Source: an uncultured Collinsella sp. (lineage in GTDB: Bacteria > Actinomycetota > Coriobacteriia > Coriobacteriales > Coriobacteriaceae). Taken from it: DNA of 48,717 bases. Shown here piece by piece: positions 1-8,935 of this stretch. Below the pieces are notes generated by a model. The model was not told where the DNA came from, did not search any database, and was given only the letters and a program-made list of their open reading frames with translations. The stretch spans positions 1-48,717 of the forward strand of contig UQVD01000001.1 in assembly GCA_900544385.1 (NCBI GenBank), in the 5' to 3' direction. The translations under genes and the position numbers were made by a program. Position 1 is the first letter of the stretch. Each line of letters begins with the position of its first letter.

Positions 1-18
1 AATCTGCCTTTCAACTTC

Positions 19-47
19 GGCGGCATGACCAGAAGGTCAATGCCGCC
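19..47. terminator. Stem-loop, possible terminator
   Basis: GGCGGCATGACC-AGAA-GGTCAATGCCGCC hairpin (one bulge) at the window start. Confidence 0.4.
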
Positions 48-168
48 TCGTTTCAAGGCACCTTGCTCGCTCTGGCGGGTTTTCGCTGTCGGTACCAAAA
101 CATCGGCGTTGCCAAGGCCGGCAGTTAGGGACGTTCCTTTTTTGCCGGCAGTTTGGGACACTCCTTGG

Positions 169-226
169 GTAGTCGTTGGGGACGTTCTTGTTTGACTAGT
201 CGTTTAAGAACATCTCCAACGACTAC
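169..226. repeat. 21-bp imperfect inverted repeat (REP-like palindrome)
   Basis: GTAGTCGTTGGGGACGTTCTT (169-189) pairs with AAGAACATCTCCAACGACTAC (206-226) with 2 mismatches. Confidence 0.7.
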
Positions 227-233
227 ATGGCAC

Positions 234-297
234 GAGAGTGGATAATCTCCCGGTTTGAGCCTGCATTCAAGTTCAAAGTGGGAGATTATCCACTCTC
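234..297. repeat. Perfect 18-bp inverted repeat with 28-nt spacer
   Basis: GAGAGTGGATAATCTCCC (234-251) and GGGAGATTATCCACTCTC (280-297). Confidence 0.8.
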
Positions 298-339
298 ATT
301 TGTTATGTGCCCGAAAATCCACGCTCGTTTCTACTCTGC

Positions 340-927
340 CTACATTTGGAGGAAGAGCTCGTGGAGGCGGGTATCCTCGTCGAGTTCGGGGTGAAAGGTA
401 ACGCCGAGCTGGTTGCCTTGGCGGGCGGCGACGATACGGCCGTCGACTTCTGCTAGAGCCTCAGCGTCGCCGTGCACTTCGACGATGCGGGGCGCGCGGA
501 TAAACGTCAGCGGCACCTCACCGTCGATACCGCCTACCTGCCCCTTGGTGCGAAAGCTGCCGAGCTGCCTGCCGTAGGCATTGCGCTCGACGAGCACATC
601 CATGGTTGCCAGGCGCGGCGTCCCCTTATCGTCGTGGGCGGCAAGGTCGCGCGCCAGCAGAATCAAGCCGGCGCAGGTGCCCAGGACGGGCATGCCTTCA
701 GAGATGCGGGCACGAAGCTCCTCGAGTATGCCCAACTCATCAAGCAGCTTCCCTTGAACGGTAGACTCGCCGCCGGGAAGTACCAGACGGTCAAAGTCCT
801 GCTTTAAATCAGGCGCCTGCCTCAGCTCAATACAGTGTGCGCCAAGCTCGGCTAGTCTTGTCTCGTGCTCGGCAAAAGCGCCTTGGACCGCCAGCACGGC
901 GACCGTCTGGTCTGCATAATCGCTCAT
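340..927 (-). CDS. pdxT: Pyridoxal 5'-phosphate synthase glutaminase subunit
   Basis: LPGGESTVQ, GTCAG nucleophile motif, RNAYGRQLGSF, FIRAP, TFHPE; directly downstream of pdxS. Confidence 0.96.
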   Translation of the reverse strand: MSDYADQTVAVLAVQGAFAEHETRLAELGAHCIELRQAPDLKQDFDRLVLPGGESTVQGKLLDELGILEELRARISEGMPVLGTCAGLILLARDLAAHDDKGTPRLATMDVLVERNAYGRQLGSFRTKGQVGGIDGEVPLTFIRAPRIVEVHGDAEALAEVDGRIVAARQGNQLGVTFHPELDEDTRLHELFLQM

Positions 928-947
928 GTGCGATCCTTTCTGCTGGA

Positions 948-1838
948 CTAGCGCCCGCGCTCTTCCATGATAATCTCGATCTCGTCGGCGTTGATGCCCA
1001 CCATGGCCTCGCCCAGGTCCTCCGAAAGCTCGGCAATGAGCTTGGCATCGGTGAAGTTTGCCACGGCCTTGACGATGGCGGCTGCGCGCTTGGCGGGGTC
1101 GCCGCTCTTAAAGATGCCCGAGCCGACAAACACGCCTTCGGCTCCCAGCTGCATCATCAGCGCGGCGTCGGCGGGGGTCGCTACGCCGCCGGCGGCAAAG
1201 TTCACGACGGGAAGCTTACCCGTGGCATGGACCTCGCGCACCAGCTCGACCGGAACCTGCAGTTGCTTGGCTGCCTCAAAGAGCTCGTCGTCGCGCAGAG
1301 CAACAACGTCACGGATCTGCTTTTGGATCTTGCGCATGTGGCGTACAGCCTGGACGACGTCGCCCGTGCCCGGCTCGCCCTTGGTGCGAATCATCGTGGC
1401 GCCTTCGGCAACACGGCGCAGCGCCTCGCCCAGATCACGGGCGCCGCAGACAAACGGCACGTCAAACTGGGTCTTGTCGATGTGATAGACGTCATCGGCA
1501 GGGGAGAGGACCTCGGACTCGTCGATGTAATCGATCTCGATGGCCTGCAGGACCTGCGCCTCGACGATGTGACCGATGCGGCACTTGGCCATGACGGGGA
1601 TGGAGACGGCCTCCTGGATGCCCTTGATCATCTTGGGGTCGCTCATGCGCGAGACGCCGCCTGCGGCACGGATGTCGGCCGGAATGCGCTCGAGGGCCAT
1701 GACGGCGCAGGCGCCTGCCTCCTCGGCGATGCGTGCCTGCTCGGGCGTGGTAACGTCCATGATGACGCCGCCCTTGAGCATCTGCGCGAGCTCGCGATTG
1801 AGTTTGACGCGGTCGGCCTTGCTGTTCTGTTCTGCCAT
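948..1838 (-). CDS. pdxS: Pyridoxal 5'-phosphate synthase lyase subunit
   Basis: [63 protein letters not shown]; start set at ATG 1838 after AAGGGAG RBS. Confidence 0.97.
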   Translation of the reverse strand: MAEQNSKADRVKLNRELAQMLKGGVIMDVTTPEQARIAEEAGACAVMALERIPADIRAAGGVSRMSDPKMIKGIQEAVSIPVMAKCRIGHIVEAQVLQAIEIDYIDESEVLSPADDVYHIDKTQFDVPFVCGARDLGEALRRVAEGATMIRTKGEPGTGDVVQAVRHMRKIQKQIRDVVALRDDELFEAAKQLQVPVELVREVHATGKLPVVNFAAGGVATPADAALMMQLGAEGVFVGSGIFKSGDPAKRAAAIVKAVANFTDAKLIAELSEDLGEAMVGINADEIEIIMEERGR

Positions 1839-1930
1839 GGTTGCTCCCTTGGTTGGCATGTGCATTGCTTGACGGAACATCCTATCGGGGAGCTGGGTAT
1901 GACAAAATACTCAGTTTTCGAGATAATTAC

Positions 1931-1972
1931 AAGGTCAGACTAATACCAGATTGAATGACTTAATAAGGTCAG
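1931..1972. promoter_or_regulatory. Candidate PdxR operator: AAGGTCAG direct repeat (CTGACC on minus strand)
   Basis: AAGGTCAG at 1931-1938 and 1965-1972 in the divergent pdxS/regulator gap; CTGACC repeats are a described PdxR-type motif. Confidence 0.55.
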
Positions 1973-1983
1973 GTGATAGGCTC

Positions 1984-3423
1984 ATGCTTGACTACAATTT
2001 GGAAAAACGCGGCGAAGCATCGCTCTATGGGTATGTTTACCAGCAAATTCGAGATGATATCGTAGCTGGACGCATTGTGGCGGGGGAGCATTTGCCGTCT
2101 AAGCGCGCCTTTGCCAGTCATCTGGGAATCAGTGTTATTACCATCGAGAATGCATATAGCCAGTTACTCGCTGAGGGCTATATTTGCTCAATACCACGTC
2201 GTGGCTACTACGCTTGCGAGCTTCCGGATGCACCGGTTTTGGCTTCGGCTGCGGAGGGCATCGACCGAGATGCCGTCTCTGTGGGCCCCAGCGTGCATGA
2301 TGTCAACGGACAGGTCGAGCTATTCGATGCACTTTCTCCTTCCGCTTTGGAGGCGGCGCGGCTTTGGCAAAGCGCACTACGGGCGACGCTGGCATCCGAA
2401 GATGAGCGCGAAATCTTTTCGCCCGCACCGGCGCAGGGCACCGCTCGGCTGCGACGCGCAATTGCTCACCACCTGCGTGGGACAAGGGGCATGAATGTCG
2501 ATCCCAATAACATTGTTATCGGCGCGGGCGCCCAGCTGCTCGATACCATGTTGGTTCAGTTGCTTGGCGCTGACAAGGTGTATGCCGTTGAGGACCCGGG
2601 CTATTTACGTCTGACGCGCATCTATCAGGCTATGGGCTGCAAAGTTCGACATATCCCGTTGGATGATGAGGGCGTGGACTTGAGCGCTCTGCAGAAAACC
2701 GGGACCGATGTACTTCATCTGATGCCGTCCCATCAGTATCCGACCGGCCTTGTGACGAGCATTGCGCGGCGCTATGCGCTTCTGAGCTGGGCCGCCGAGC
2801 GACCAGGTCGGTATCTCATCGAAGATGACTTTGATTGTGAGTTTCGCCTTGCCGGGAAGCCGATTCCCGCGCTCGCGTCGATCGATGCCGCCCAGTCGGT
2901 TATCTACACCAACACGTTTTCGAAGAGCCTTTCATCGGCGTTGCGTTTGGCGTACATGGTGTTGCCCGATGAGTTAATGGAGCGGTTTAGGCGCAACCTT
3001 GGTTTCTACGCCTCGTCGGTGAGCTCTGTTGATCAGGTCGCTTTGGCGCGTTTGCTGGAATCGGGTGATTACGAGCGACATGTGAACCGCGTGCGCGTTC
3101 GTGCTCGCGAGGCGCGTGATGGCCTGATGGCGCTTGTGCGGAAGGTATTTCCGGCAGGAGAGGTCTCGATCGAGCATGCAGACGCGGGCCTTTACTGTAT
3201 CGTGGTTGCGGAGCGTGGAACGGGCAGAAGCACTTTTGCACGGGCCCTCACGCGCTCGAGTATCCCGTTTATCGATATCAGTGACTGTTATTGGTGTGCC
3301 GATGGCACATCTGTCCCTGAAAACTCAAGTCAAATTCTTGTTCAGTATGATGATCTGAGTCCAAAAGTGCTTAATACCTTGGAATTGCAGCTAATGGGGG
3401 CGCTCTGCAATCTAAGTGAGTAG
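1984..3423 (+). CDS. pdxR: MocR/GabR-family PLP-dependent transcription regulator (PdxR-like)
   Basis: N-terminal GntR wHTH (LPSKRAFASHLGISVITIENAYSQL), aminotransferase-like domain (EDPGY, PSHQYPTG, IEDDFDCEF, TFSK); divergent from pdxST. Stop codon lies inside the 123-bp element. Confidence 0.88.
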   Translation: MLDYNLEKRGEASLYGYVYQQIRDDIVAGRIVAGEHLPSKRAFASHLGISVITIENAYSQLLAEGYICSIPRRGYYACELPDAPVLASAAEGIDRDAVSVGPSVHDVNGQVELFDALSPSALEAARLWQSALRATLASEDEREIFSPAPAQGTARLRRAIAHHLRGTRGMNVDPNNIVIGAGAQLLDTMLVQLLGADKVYAVEDPGYLRLTRIYQAMGCKVRHIPLDDEGVDLSALQKTGTDVLHLMPSHQYPTGLVTSIARRYALLSWAAERPGRYLIEDDFDCEFRLAGKPIPALASIDAAQSVIYTNTFSKSLSSALRLAYMVLPDELMERFRRNLGFYASSVSSVDQVALARLLESGDYERHVNRVRVRAREARDGLMALVRKVFPAGEVSIEHADAGLYCIVVAERGTGRSTFARALTRSSIPFIDISDCYWCADGTSVPENSSQILVQYDDLSPKVLNTLELQLMGALCNLSE

Positions 3424-3534
3424 ACTTTTAGCACTTTGGCGACCAGGCAGTTTTGTAACAAGCTATCTACCTGCGGTTTTGAAAAGCAGGATGACCGGCC
3501 TGCTCGGGATGTTCAAAAAAGTCTACTCACTTGC
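3412..3534. repeat. 123-bp palindromic element, copy 1 (MITE/REP-like)
   Basis: Terminal IR AAGTGAGTAGACTTTT (3414-3429) / AAAAGTCTACTCACTT (3517-3532); central TACCTGCGG at offset 56. Confidence 0.9.
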
Positions 3535-3565
3535 CGCGCAAAGCTTCTACATGAGAAAAAATGGG

Positions 3566-3631
3566 GTTTTCAACAGGGTTTCGTCCAGCTCTCGGCAAGC
3601 TTTTGGCCAGTTGGGGAGGGCTGTTGAAAAC
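3566..3631. promoter_or_regulatory. 11-bp inverted repeat upstream of the endonuclease-like gene
   Basis: GTTTTCAACAG (3566-3576) / CTGTTGAAAAC (3621-3631); each arm resembles a degenerate DnaA box. Confidence 0.4.
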
Positions 3632-3714
3632 TTGGCAGTCCGTTCGGCGCCATTTTTGCTGCGTTCGCGCCAATGTGTGACTGATTGGGTTGAAATTCGT
3701 GTTTTCCTGTGCCT

Positions 3715-4842
3715 ATGAAGGATCTACTTTGTGACATATCAGCTTTTAGGTACTGGCGTTTGCCTCCTCAAGTCCGTGCTTTGTGTCCGCCGCTTCCACG
3801 ACCGGAAGAAGACCGGCAGCGATATGATCTCGCCCGCAACCCGACGGCTGCGGTCGCGCTCGGTTTTCCGTTGTATACATTGGTTCGGACGAGAAACAAA
3901 CGGACTTGTCCTGCCAGCATTAGGCAGCGGCTGTTTCTTGGTGAGCTCCCCAGGGAATCCGTGCTGGAAACGGAGCATGGGTTTTTGGTTACGTCTCCTC
4001 TACTGACGACATTCATCATGTCGCGGCATCTGACGGATCTTCAGCTTCTTTTGGTATTGGCGGAGATGTGTGGCTTGTTTGCGGTGTGTGCCCTGCCGGC
4101 GGCACTTGAGGCGGAGCTTTCGCGTGCAATTGATTCGGGCGCGATTTCGACAACGGTCGGTTGGGTGCGCTGCCCGTCCGAGGACGGCACCGCCTCAAAT
4201 TTATGGCGTCGAGACGCTTTGGTTTTGGGCGGAGACCTTGACCGTTTTTGTTCAGATGTTTGCGGGATGCGTTACGGCAATAGATTTATGGCGGTATCGC
4301 AACTCGTTCCATTGGGTGCCGCGTCGCCTTTTGAGGTCGAGGCGTATTTGTTGCTTGGACTGCCGCGAGCCCTGGGAGGCGAAAGTTTTTGCGGCATAGA
4401 GCTTAATGTTGAAGTGATGCTAAGCACAAGTGCTCGAGCGATTGTGGGAAAGTCCCGTGTATATATCGACCTACTTCTTTCTTCGCCGGACGGTAGGCGA
4501 CAGGTGGCCATTGAATGTCAGGGAAAGGCCTCGCACGGACGCGCAGGGGATGGCTTGCGTGACGCTGACCGCATGACGGCCCTTCAGGCCATGGGCTACG
4601 ATGTGCTTCTCCTTACACACAGACAGATATCGGATGAGGATAGATTCCGCGCGATCGTTAAGGCCGTATGCAGGATGCTCGATGCTGAATATCGTGATAA
4701 AAGCTCGGATGAGCAAAGGGCTGAGGCATTACTCCGGTCTGAACTATTCATTGACTGGACAAAATTGGGAGTAATCGACGGAAAGATGCCCGCTAGACAC
4801 AAAATGGCTCGATCGTGGACGGCTGCGGTTCTAAGTGAGTAG
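3715..4842 (+). CDS. Hypothetical protein with C-terminal DUF559/Vsr-like PD-(D/E)xK endonuclease domain
   Basis: SPFE...YIDLLL...VAIECQGKASHG...DADRMTALQAMGYDVLLLT matches the DUF559/very-short-patch nuclease pattern; stop codon lies inside element copy 2; alternative GTG start at 3709. Confidence 0.7.
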   Translation: MKDLLCDISAFRYWRLPPQVRALCPPLPRPEEDRQRYDLARNPTAAVALGFPLYTLVRTRNKRTCPASIRQRLFLGELPRESVLETEHGFLVTSPLLTTFIMSRHLTDLQLLLVLAEMCGLFAVCALPAALEAELSRAIDSGAISTTVGWVRCPSEDGTASNLWRRDALVLGGDLDRFCSDVCGMRYGNRFMAVSQLVPLGAASPFEVEAYLLLGLPRALGGESFCGIELNVEVMLSTSARAIVGKSRVYIDLLLSSPDGRRQVAIECQGKASHGRAGDGLRDADRMTALQAMGYDVLLLTHRQISDEDRFRAIVKAVCRMLDAEYRDKSSDEQRAEALLRSELFIDWTKLGVIDGKMPARHKMARSWTAAVLSE

Positions 4843-4953
4843 ACTTTTGGCACTTTGGCGACCAAGCCGTTTTGCAACAAGTCATTTACCTGCGGCTTTA
4901 TAAAGCAATATGGATGGCGTGCTCGGCAAGTTCCAAAAAGTCTACTCACTTAG
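4831..4953. repeat. 123-bp palindromic element, copy 2
   Basis: Perfect 18-bp terminal IR CTAAGTGAGTAGACTTTT / AAAAGTCTACTCACTTAG; TACCTGCGG at offset 56; aligns ungapped to copy 1. Confidence 0.92.
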
Positions 4954-5018
4954 TTTTTGACGAGAAGCCGATGCCGAAGGCGGTCCTATTTCAGGGCGTT
5001 AACAAGTTCATGAGGCAC

Positions 5019-5050
5019 GAAAAAGGCCCGAACCAATACGGTCCGGGCCT
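5019..5050 (-). terminator. Rho-independent terminator of rubrerythrin gene
   Basis: AAAAAGGCCCGAACC-AATAC-GGTCCGGGCCT; the A-run reads as a U-tract on the minus strand. Confidence 0.6.
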
Positions 5051-5084
5051 CATCGAGCTTGAGGTTATGTCTCAGGCGGTTGGC

Positions 5085-5645
5085 TTAGCCAAAGTAGCGC
5101 TTGAGCAGGCCGGCGAAAGCCTTGCCGTGGCGGGCCTCGTCGCGAGCCATCTCGTGCACGGTGTCGTGGATGGCATCGAGGCCAGCGGCCTTGGCGCGCT
5201 TGGCAAGATCGGTCTTGCCGGCGGTGGCGCCGTTCTCAGCCTCAACGCGCATCTCGAGGTTCTTCTTGGTGGAGTCGGTCACGACCTCGCCCAGGAGCTC
5301 AGCGAACTTGGCGGCATGCTCGGCCTCCTCGTGGGCAGCCTTCTCCCAGTACAGGCCGATCTCGGGATAGCCCTCGCGATGAGCGACGCGAGCCATGGCC
5401 AGGTACATACCGACCTCAGAGCACTCGCCCTCAAAGTTGGCGCGCAGGTCGGCAACGATGTCCTCAGAGACACCCTCCATCTTGGCGACGCCCACGACGT
5501 GCTCGGCGGCCCACTCGAGCTGGCCCTCCTCCTGCTTCAGGAAACGAGAACCGGGAACGCCGCACTGGGGGCACTTAAAATCCTCGGGCAGCTGGTCGCC
5601 GTCGAACTCTTCCACATAACCGCAAACGGGGCAAACAAACTTCAT
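5085..5645 (-). CDS. Reverse rubrerythrin / NADH peroxidase (N-terminal rubredoxin-like domain plus ferritin-like diiron domain)
   Basis: CPVCG...CPQCG then [25 protein letters not shown]...EEAEHA...DEARH; ATG at 5645 after GAAAGGA RBS. Confidence 0.92.
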   Translation of the reverse strand: MKFVCPVCGYVEEFDGDQLPEDFKCPQCGVPGSRFLKQEEGQLEWAAEHVVGVAKMEGVSEDIVADLRANFEGECSEVGMYLAMARVAHREGYPEIGLYWEKAAHEEAEHAAKFAELLGEVVTDSTKKNLEMRVEAENGATAGKTDLAKRAKAAGLDAIHDTVHEMARDEARHGKAFAGLLKRYFG

Positions 5646-5760
5646 GATTCGATCCTTTCGATCGATGGCGATTGCGCGCTCGTCCGGTCCCGTAAGGGCC
5701 CTCTCCGGACGTGCGTCTTGACGAGTTCTATTATCCATAAATGCAACCAAATGTGAAGCC

Positions 5761-5781
5761 TATTAGGAATGATTTTTAATA
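5761..5781. promoter_or_regulatory. AT-rich imperfect palindrome, candidate Fur/PerR-type box
   Basis: TATTAGGAAT-G-ATTTTTAATA (8 of 10 positions pair) upstream of rubrerythrin. Confidence 0.4.
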
Positions 5782-5901
5782 AAACAATTTTGAGATATGA
5801 AGATGCTGATTGATTAACGATTGGCAGGCCGTCTTTGACCGCCGCTGAGTACAATCGGGCGAGCAAATGTTGACCTATCAACAAATGAAGGAGTTTCCTT
5901 T

Positions 5902-7122
5902 ATGCATCTAGCCCGTCGTGCCTGGTGCCGAACATATCAGACGGTTTTTCGCATTGCATTGCCGATCCTGCCCTATACCGAGCCGCGCATTTTAGAGCAT
6001 GCCGAGGATGTGCCCGCGGTGCTTCAAAAGCGCTCGATCCAGAAGGTCCTTATCGTGACGGATCCCGGCATTGCCCGTCTGGGGCTCACGGCACCGCTTG
6101 AGACGGCGCTCGCATGCAGGGGGATTGGCGTTACGGTCTATGCCGAAACGCGTGCAAACCCCACGGTTTCAAACGTGGAAGAAGCGGCGTCCCTGTATCG
6201 AGAGAGCGCCTGCCAGGCCATTATCGGCTTTGGCGGTGGCTCGGCCATGGACTGTGCCAAGGGCGTGGGCGCACGCATTGCGCAGCCAAACAAGCCCATC
6301 AACAAGATGCGCGGCCTGCTGCGGATTCATCGTCGCCTGCCGCTGCTCATCGCCGTTCCCACTACCGCCGGTACGGGAAGCGAAGTCACGCTTGCGGCGG
6401 TAATTACCGATGACGGGACGCACTACAAATACCCCATTAACGACTTTGTGCTCATCCCGCGTTTTGCAGTCCACGACCCCGAGTTTACGTGCGGCTTGCC
6501 CGCTTCCATTACGGGGCAGACGGGCATGGACGCCCTGACGCATGCCGTTGAGGCCTTTATCGGGCGAAGCACCACGCCCTATACGCGCAAGATGGCGCGA
6601 CAGGCGGTGCAGCTTATCCACGACAATTTGCTCGAGGCCTATGAGCATGGTGACGACATGCGCGCTCGTCGCAATATGCTTTCGGCGGCGTATAAGGCGG
6701 GCGTTGCGTTTACCCGCTCCTATGTCGGATATGTGCATGCCATCGCGCACAGTCTGGGCGGCCGATACGGAATTCCGCACGGTTTGGCCAACGCGATCAT
6801 CCTGCCGCACATGCTTCGCGCTTATGGTGACGCCGCCGCCCCCAAGCTTGCCGATCTTGCTCGCATGGCGGGCATTGCGCCGGCTACCGCGCAGGATAGT
6901 CTTGCGGCCGAGGCCTTTATCGATTGGGTCGACCGCATGAACGAGGCCCTGGGAATCCCCAAATATGTTTTGGGCATTCGCCGCTCTGACATTCCCGAGA
7001 TGGCGGCGCATGCCGATGCCGAGGCCAATCCGCTATACCCCGTTCCGCTTCTAATGGACCGCTTGGAGCTCGAGCATATGTACGAAGTCGTTGCAGGTGG
7101 TATGTTTGAGGACGAGAATTAG
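5902..7122 (+). CDS. Iron-containing alcohol dehydrogenase
   Basis: GFGGGSAMDCAK, PTTAGTGSEVT, GMDALTHAVE, HAIAHSLGG..IPHG; AAGGAG RBS. Confidence 0.93.
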   Translation: MHLARRAWCRTYQTVFRIALPILPYTEPRILEHAEDVPAVLQKRSIQKVLIVTDPGIARLGLTAPLETALACRGIGVTVYAETRANPTVSNVEEAASLYRESACQAIIGFGGGSAMDCAKGVGARIAQPNKPINKMRGLLRIHRRLPLLIAVPTTAGTGSEVTLAAVITDDGTHYKYPINDFVLIPRFAVHDPEFTCGLPASITGQTGMDALTHAVEAFIGRSTTPYTRKMARQAVQLIHDNLLEAYEHGDDMRARRNMLSAAYKAGVAFTRSYVGYVHAIAHSLGGRYGIPHGLANAIILPHMLRAYGDAAAPKLADLARMAGIAPATAQDSLAAEAFIDWVDRMNEALGIPKYVLGIRRSDIPEMAAHADAEANPLYPVPLLMDRLELEHMYEVVAGGMFEDEN

Positions 7123-7130
7123 GAGGGTCC

Positions 7131-8510
7131 ATGAACACCGAGGAAATTGCGCGCATCGTCGGCGATCAGCGCGCCTACTTTAAGACGCACGCCACGTTTG
7201 ATGTCGATGCTCGACGTCGCGCGCTCGTGAGTTTACGCGATGCGGTGCGGGCCCACGAGGCCGATATTGCCCATGCGCTCAAGACCGATTTGGGAAAGTC
7301 GCATGACGAGGCATATATGTGCGAGATCGGCACGTCGCTTTCCGAGATTCGTCATCAGATTGCGCATGTGGCTCGATGGAGTCGTCCACGCCTGCGTCCG
7401 TGCGATCTTGCTAACGCTGTGAGCGTGTGCAAAACGCAAGCCGTGCCCTATGGTGTCACGCTCATCATGGCTCCGTGGAACTACCCGTTTTTGCTAACAC
7501 TCGAGCCGCTCGCCGGCGCCCTTGCCGCAGGCAATACCGTGATCATCAAGCCGAGTGCCTATGCTCCGGCATCGAGCGCGGTGCTCAAGCAAATCTGTGA
7601 AGAGGCATTTGATCCGTGCCTGGTGACGGTCGTCGAGGGCGGGCGCGCCGAAAACGAAGCGCTGCTCGATGAGTGCTGGGACAAGATCTTCTTTACCGGT
7701 AGCGTTCCAGTCGGCAAACTCGTCATGGAGCACGCAAGTAAAAACCTTACGCCCGTGACGCTCGAGCTGGGCGGAAAGAGCCCCTGCATCGTGGATGCGA
7801 CGGCAAACTTGAAGGTCGCAGCGCGGCGTATCGCCTTTGGCAAATGGCTCAACGTGGGGCAGACCTGCGTGGCGCCCGACTACCTGCTGGTCGATACGCG
7901 CGTGCACGACGAGCTGCTGAGCCTCATCAAGGAGGAGGTCCGCCGTATGTTTGGCGAGCACCCGCTCGACAACGAGGACTACGGTCATATTGTCAACACC
8001 AAGCATTTTGCGCGCGTACGCGGGCTGATCGACCCCGATAAGGTTGTGCTTGGAGGCACGGCGCGCGAGTCGTCGCTCAAGATCGAGCCGACGATTTTGG
8101 ACGGCGTGGCCCCCGATGACGCCGTGATACAGGAGGAGATCTTCGGTCCCATCTTGCCGGTGCTGACGTTTGAGAGCCTAGACGAGGCTGAAGCGTTTAT
8201 TACGGATCGTCCGACGCCGCTGGCCCTGTATATCTTTAGCCAGGACCGTGCGGCTCAGCAGCGCTTTGTGCGCTACGTGCCCTTTGGCGGCGGCTGCGTC
8301 AACGACACGATTATGCACTTGGCTACGAGCCATATGGGCTTTGGTGGCATGGGTGCGAGCGGTATGGGGCAGTACCATGGACGCGAGAGCTTCGATACGT
8401 TTAGCCACAAGAAGAGCATCGTGAACAAGGCAACGTGGCTGGACGTGCCATTCCGCTACGCTCCTTACGCAAGCTGGAAGCACAAGTTCGTGCGCATGTT
8501 TGTTCATTAG
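7131..8510 (+). CDS. Aldehyde dehydrogenase (ALDH3-like)
   Basis: PWNYP, FFTGS, LELGGKSP, GQTCVAPDY, EEIFGPILP; AGGAGG RBS. Confidence 0.95.
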   Translation: MNTEEIARIVGDQRAYFKTHATFDVDARRRALVSLRDAVRAHEADIAHALKTDLGKSHDEAYMCEIGTSLSEIRHQIAHVARWSRPRLRPCDLANAVSVCKTQAVPYGVTLIMAPWNYPFLLTLEPLAGALAAGNTVIIKPSAYAPASSAVLKQICEEAFDPCLVTVVEGGRAENEALLDECWDKIFFTGSVPVGKLVMEHASKNLTPVTLELGGKSPCIVDATANLKVAARRIAFGKWLNVGQTCVAPDYLLVDTRVHDELLSLIKEEVRRMFGEHPLDNEDYGHIVNTKHFARVRGLIDPDKVVLGGTARESSLKIEPTILDGVAPDDAVIQEEIFGPILPVLTFESLDEAEAFITDRPTPLALYIFSQDRAAQQRFVRYVPFGGGCVNDTIMHLATSHMGFGGMGASGMGQYHGRESFDTFSHKKSIVNKATWLDVPFRYAPYASWKHKFVRMFVH

Positions 8511-8528
8511 AAAAGGGCGCAGGTAATA

Positions 8529-8542
8529 CGAACAAGTGTTCC
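8529..8542. promoter_or_regulatory. Candidate LexA (SOS/Cheo) box
   Basis: CGAACAAGTGTTCC matches Gram-positive consensus CGAACRNRYGTTYC; sits in the loop of a GCAGGTAATA / TATTACCTGC inverted repeat. Confidence 0.6.
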
Positions 8543-8615
8543 TATTACCTGCATTTTGCGTTAGACTACTGTTATGGAGCACGGATGGGCCAACTCCCTT
8601 TAGAAGGGATTTGGT

Positions 8616-8699
8616 ATGAACGTAAGCGATGTTATTTCGTTATTGGCGTTGTTGATTGCGGCTATCGAACTCGGTCTGTTTATCGGCCGAATGAAATAG
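8616..8699 (+). CDS. 27-aa single-TM peptide, putative type I (holin-like) toxin
   Basis: MNVSDVISLLALLIAAIELGLFIGRMK; RBS AAGGGA (8604-8609) pairs with TCCCTT (8595-8600); not in the supplied ORF track. Confidence 0.65.
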   Translation: MNVSDVISLLALLIAAIELGLFIGRMK

Positions 8700-8935
8700 C
8701 CGCCCCCGCGTAAGCGAAGACGGCCACTTCTCACGATGAAAACGTGTATCGGAGTTGGCAAGACCCGCGGCAACGGGTGCCATCCGTGTTCCTATCTTAT
8801 CTGCAAGCGTTCTGTCGCGCAAGCGTTGAGGCAAACGATTGAAGGACGCAGACAGGATGTATTTGTGTCCGCACGGGACCGTAGACTTCTCAATAAGGTT
8901 ACACACCGGTTTATCCGGCCGTTAGAGGAGCTGCT

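Noticed and set aside
234..297. Replication origin from DnaA-box-like TTATCCACT arms
   Set aside because: Only two imperfect boxes within one inverted repeat, no AT-rich unwinding region and no dnaA/dnaN context
3412..4953. Classical integron attC sites or a standard IS
   Set aside because: No RYYYAAC...GTTRRRY cores, no integrase or transposase motifs nearby, and no target-site duplication visible
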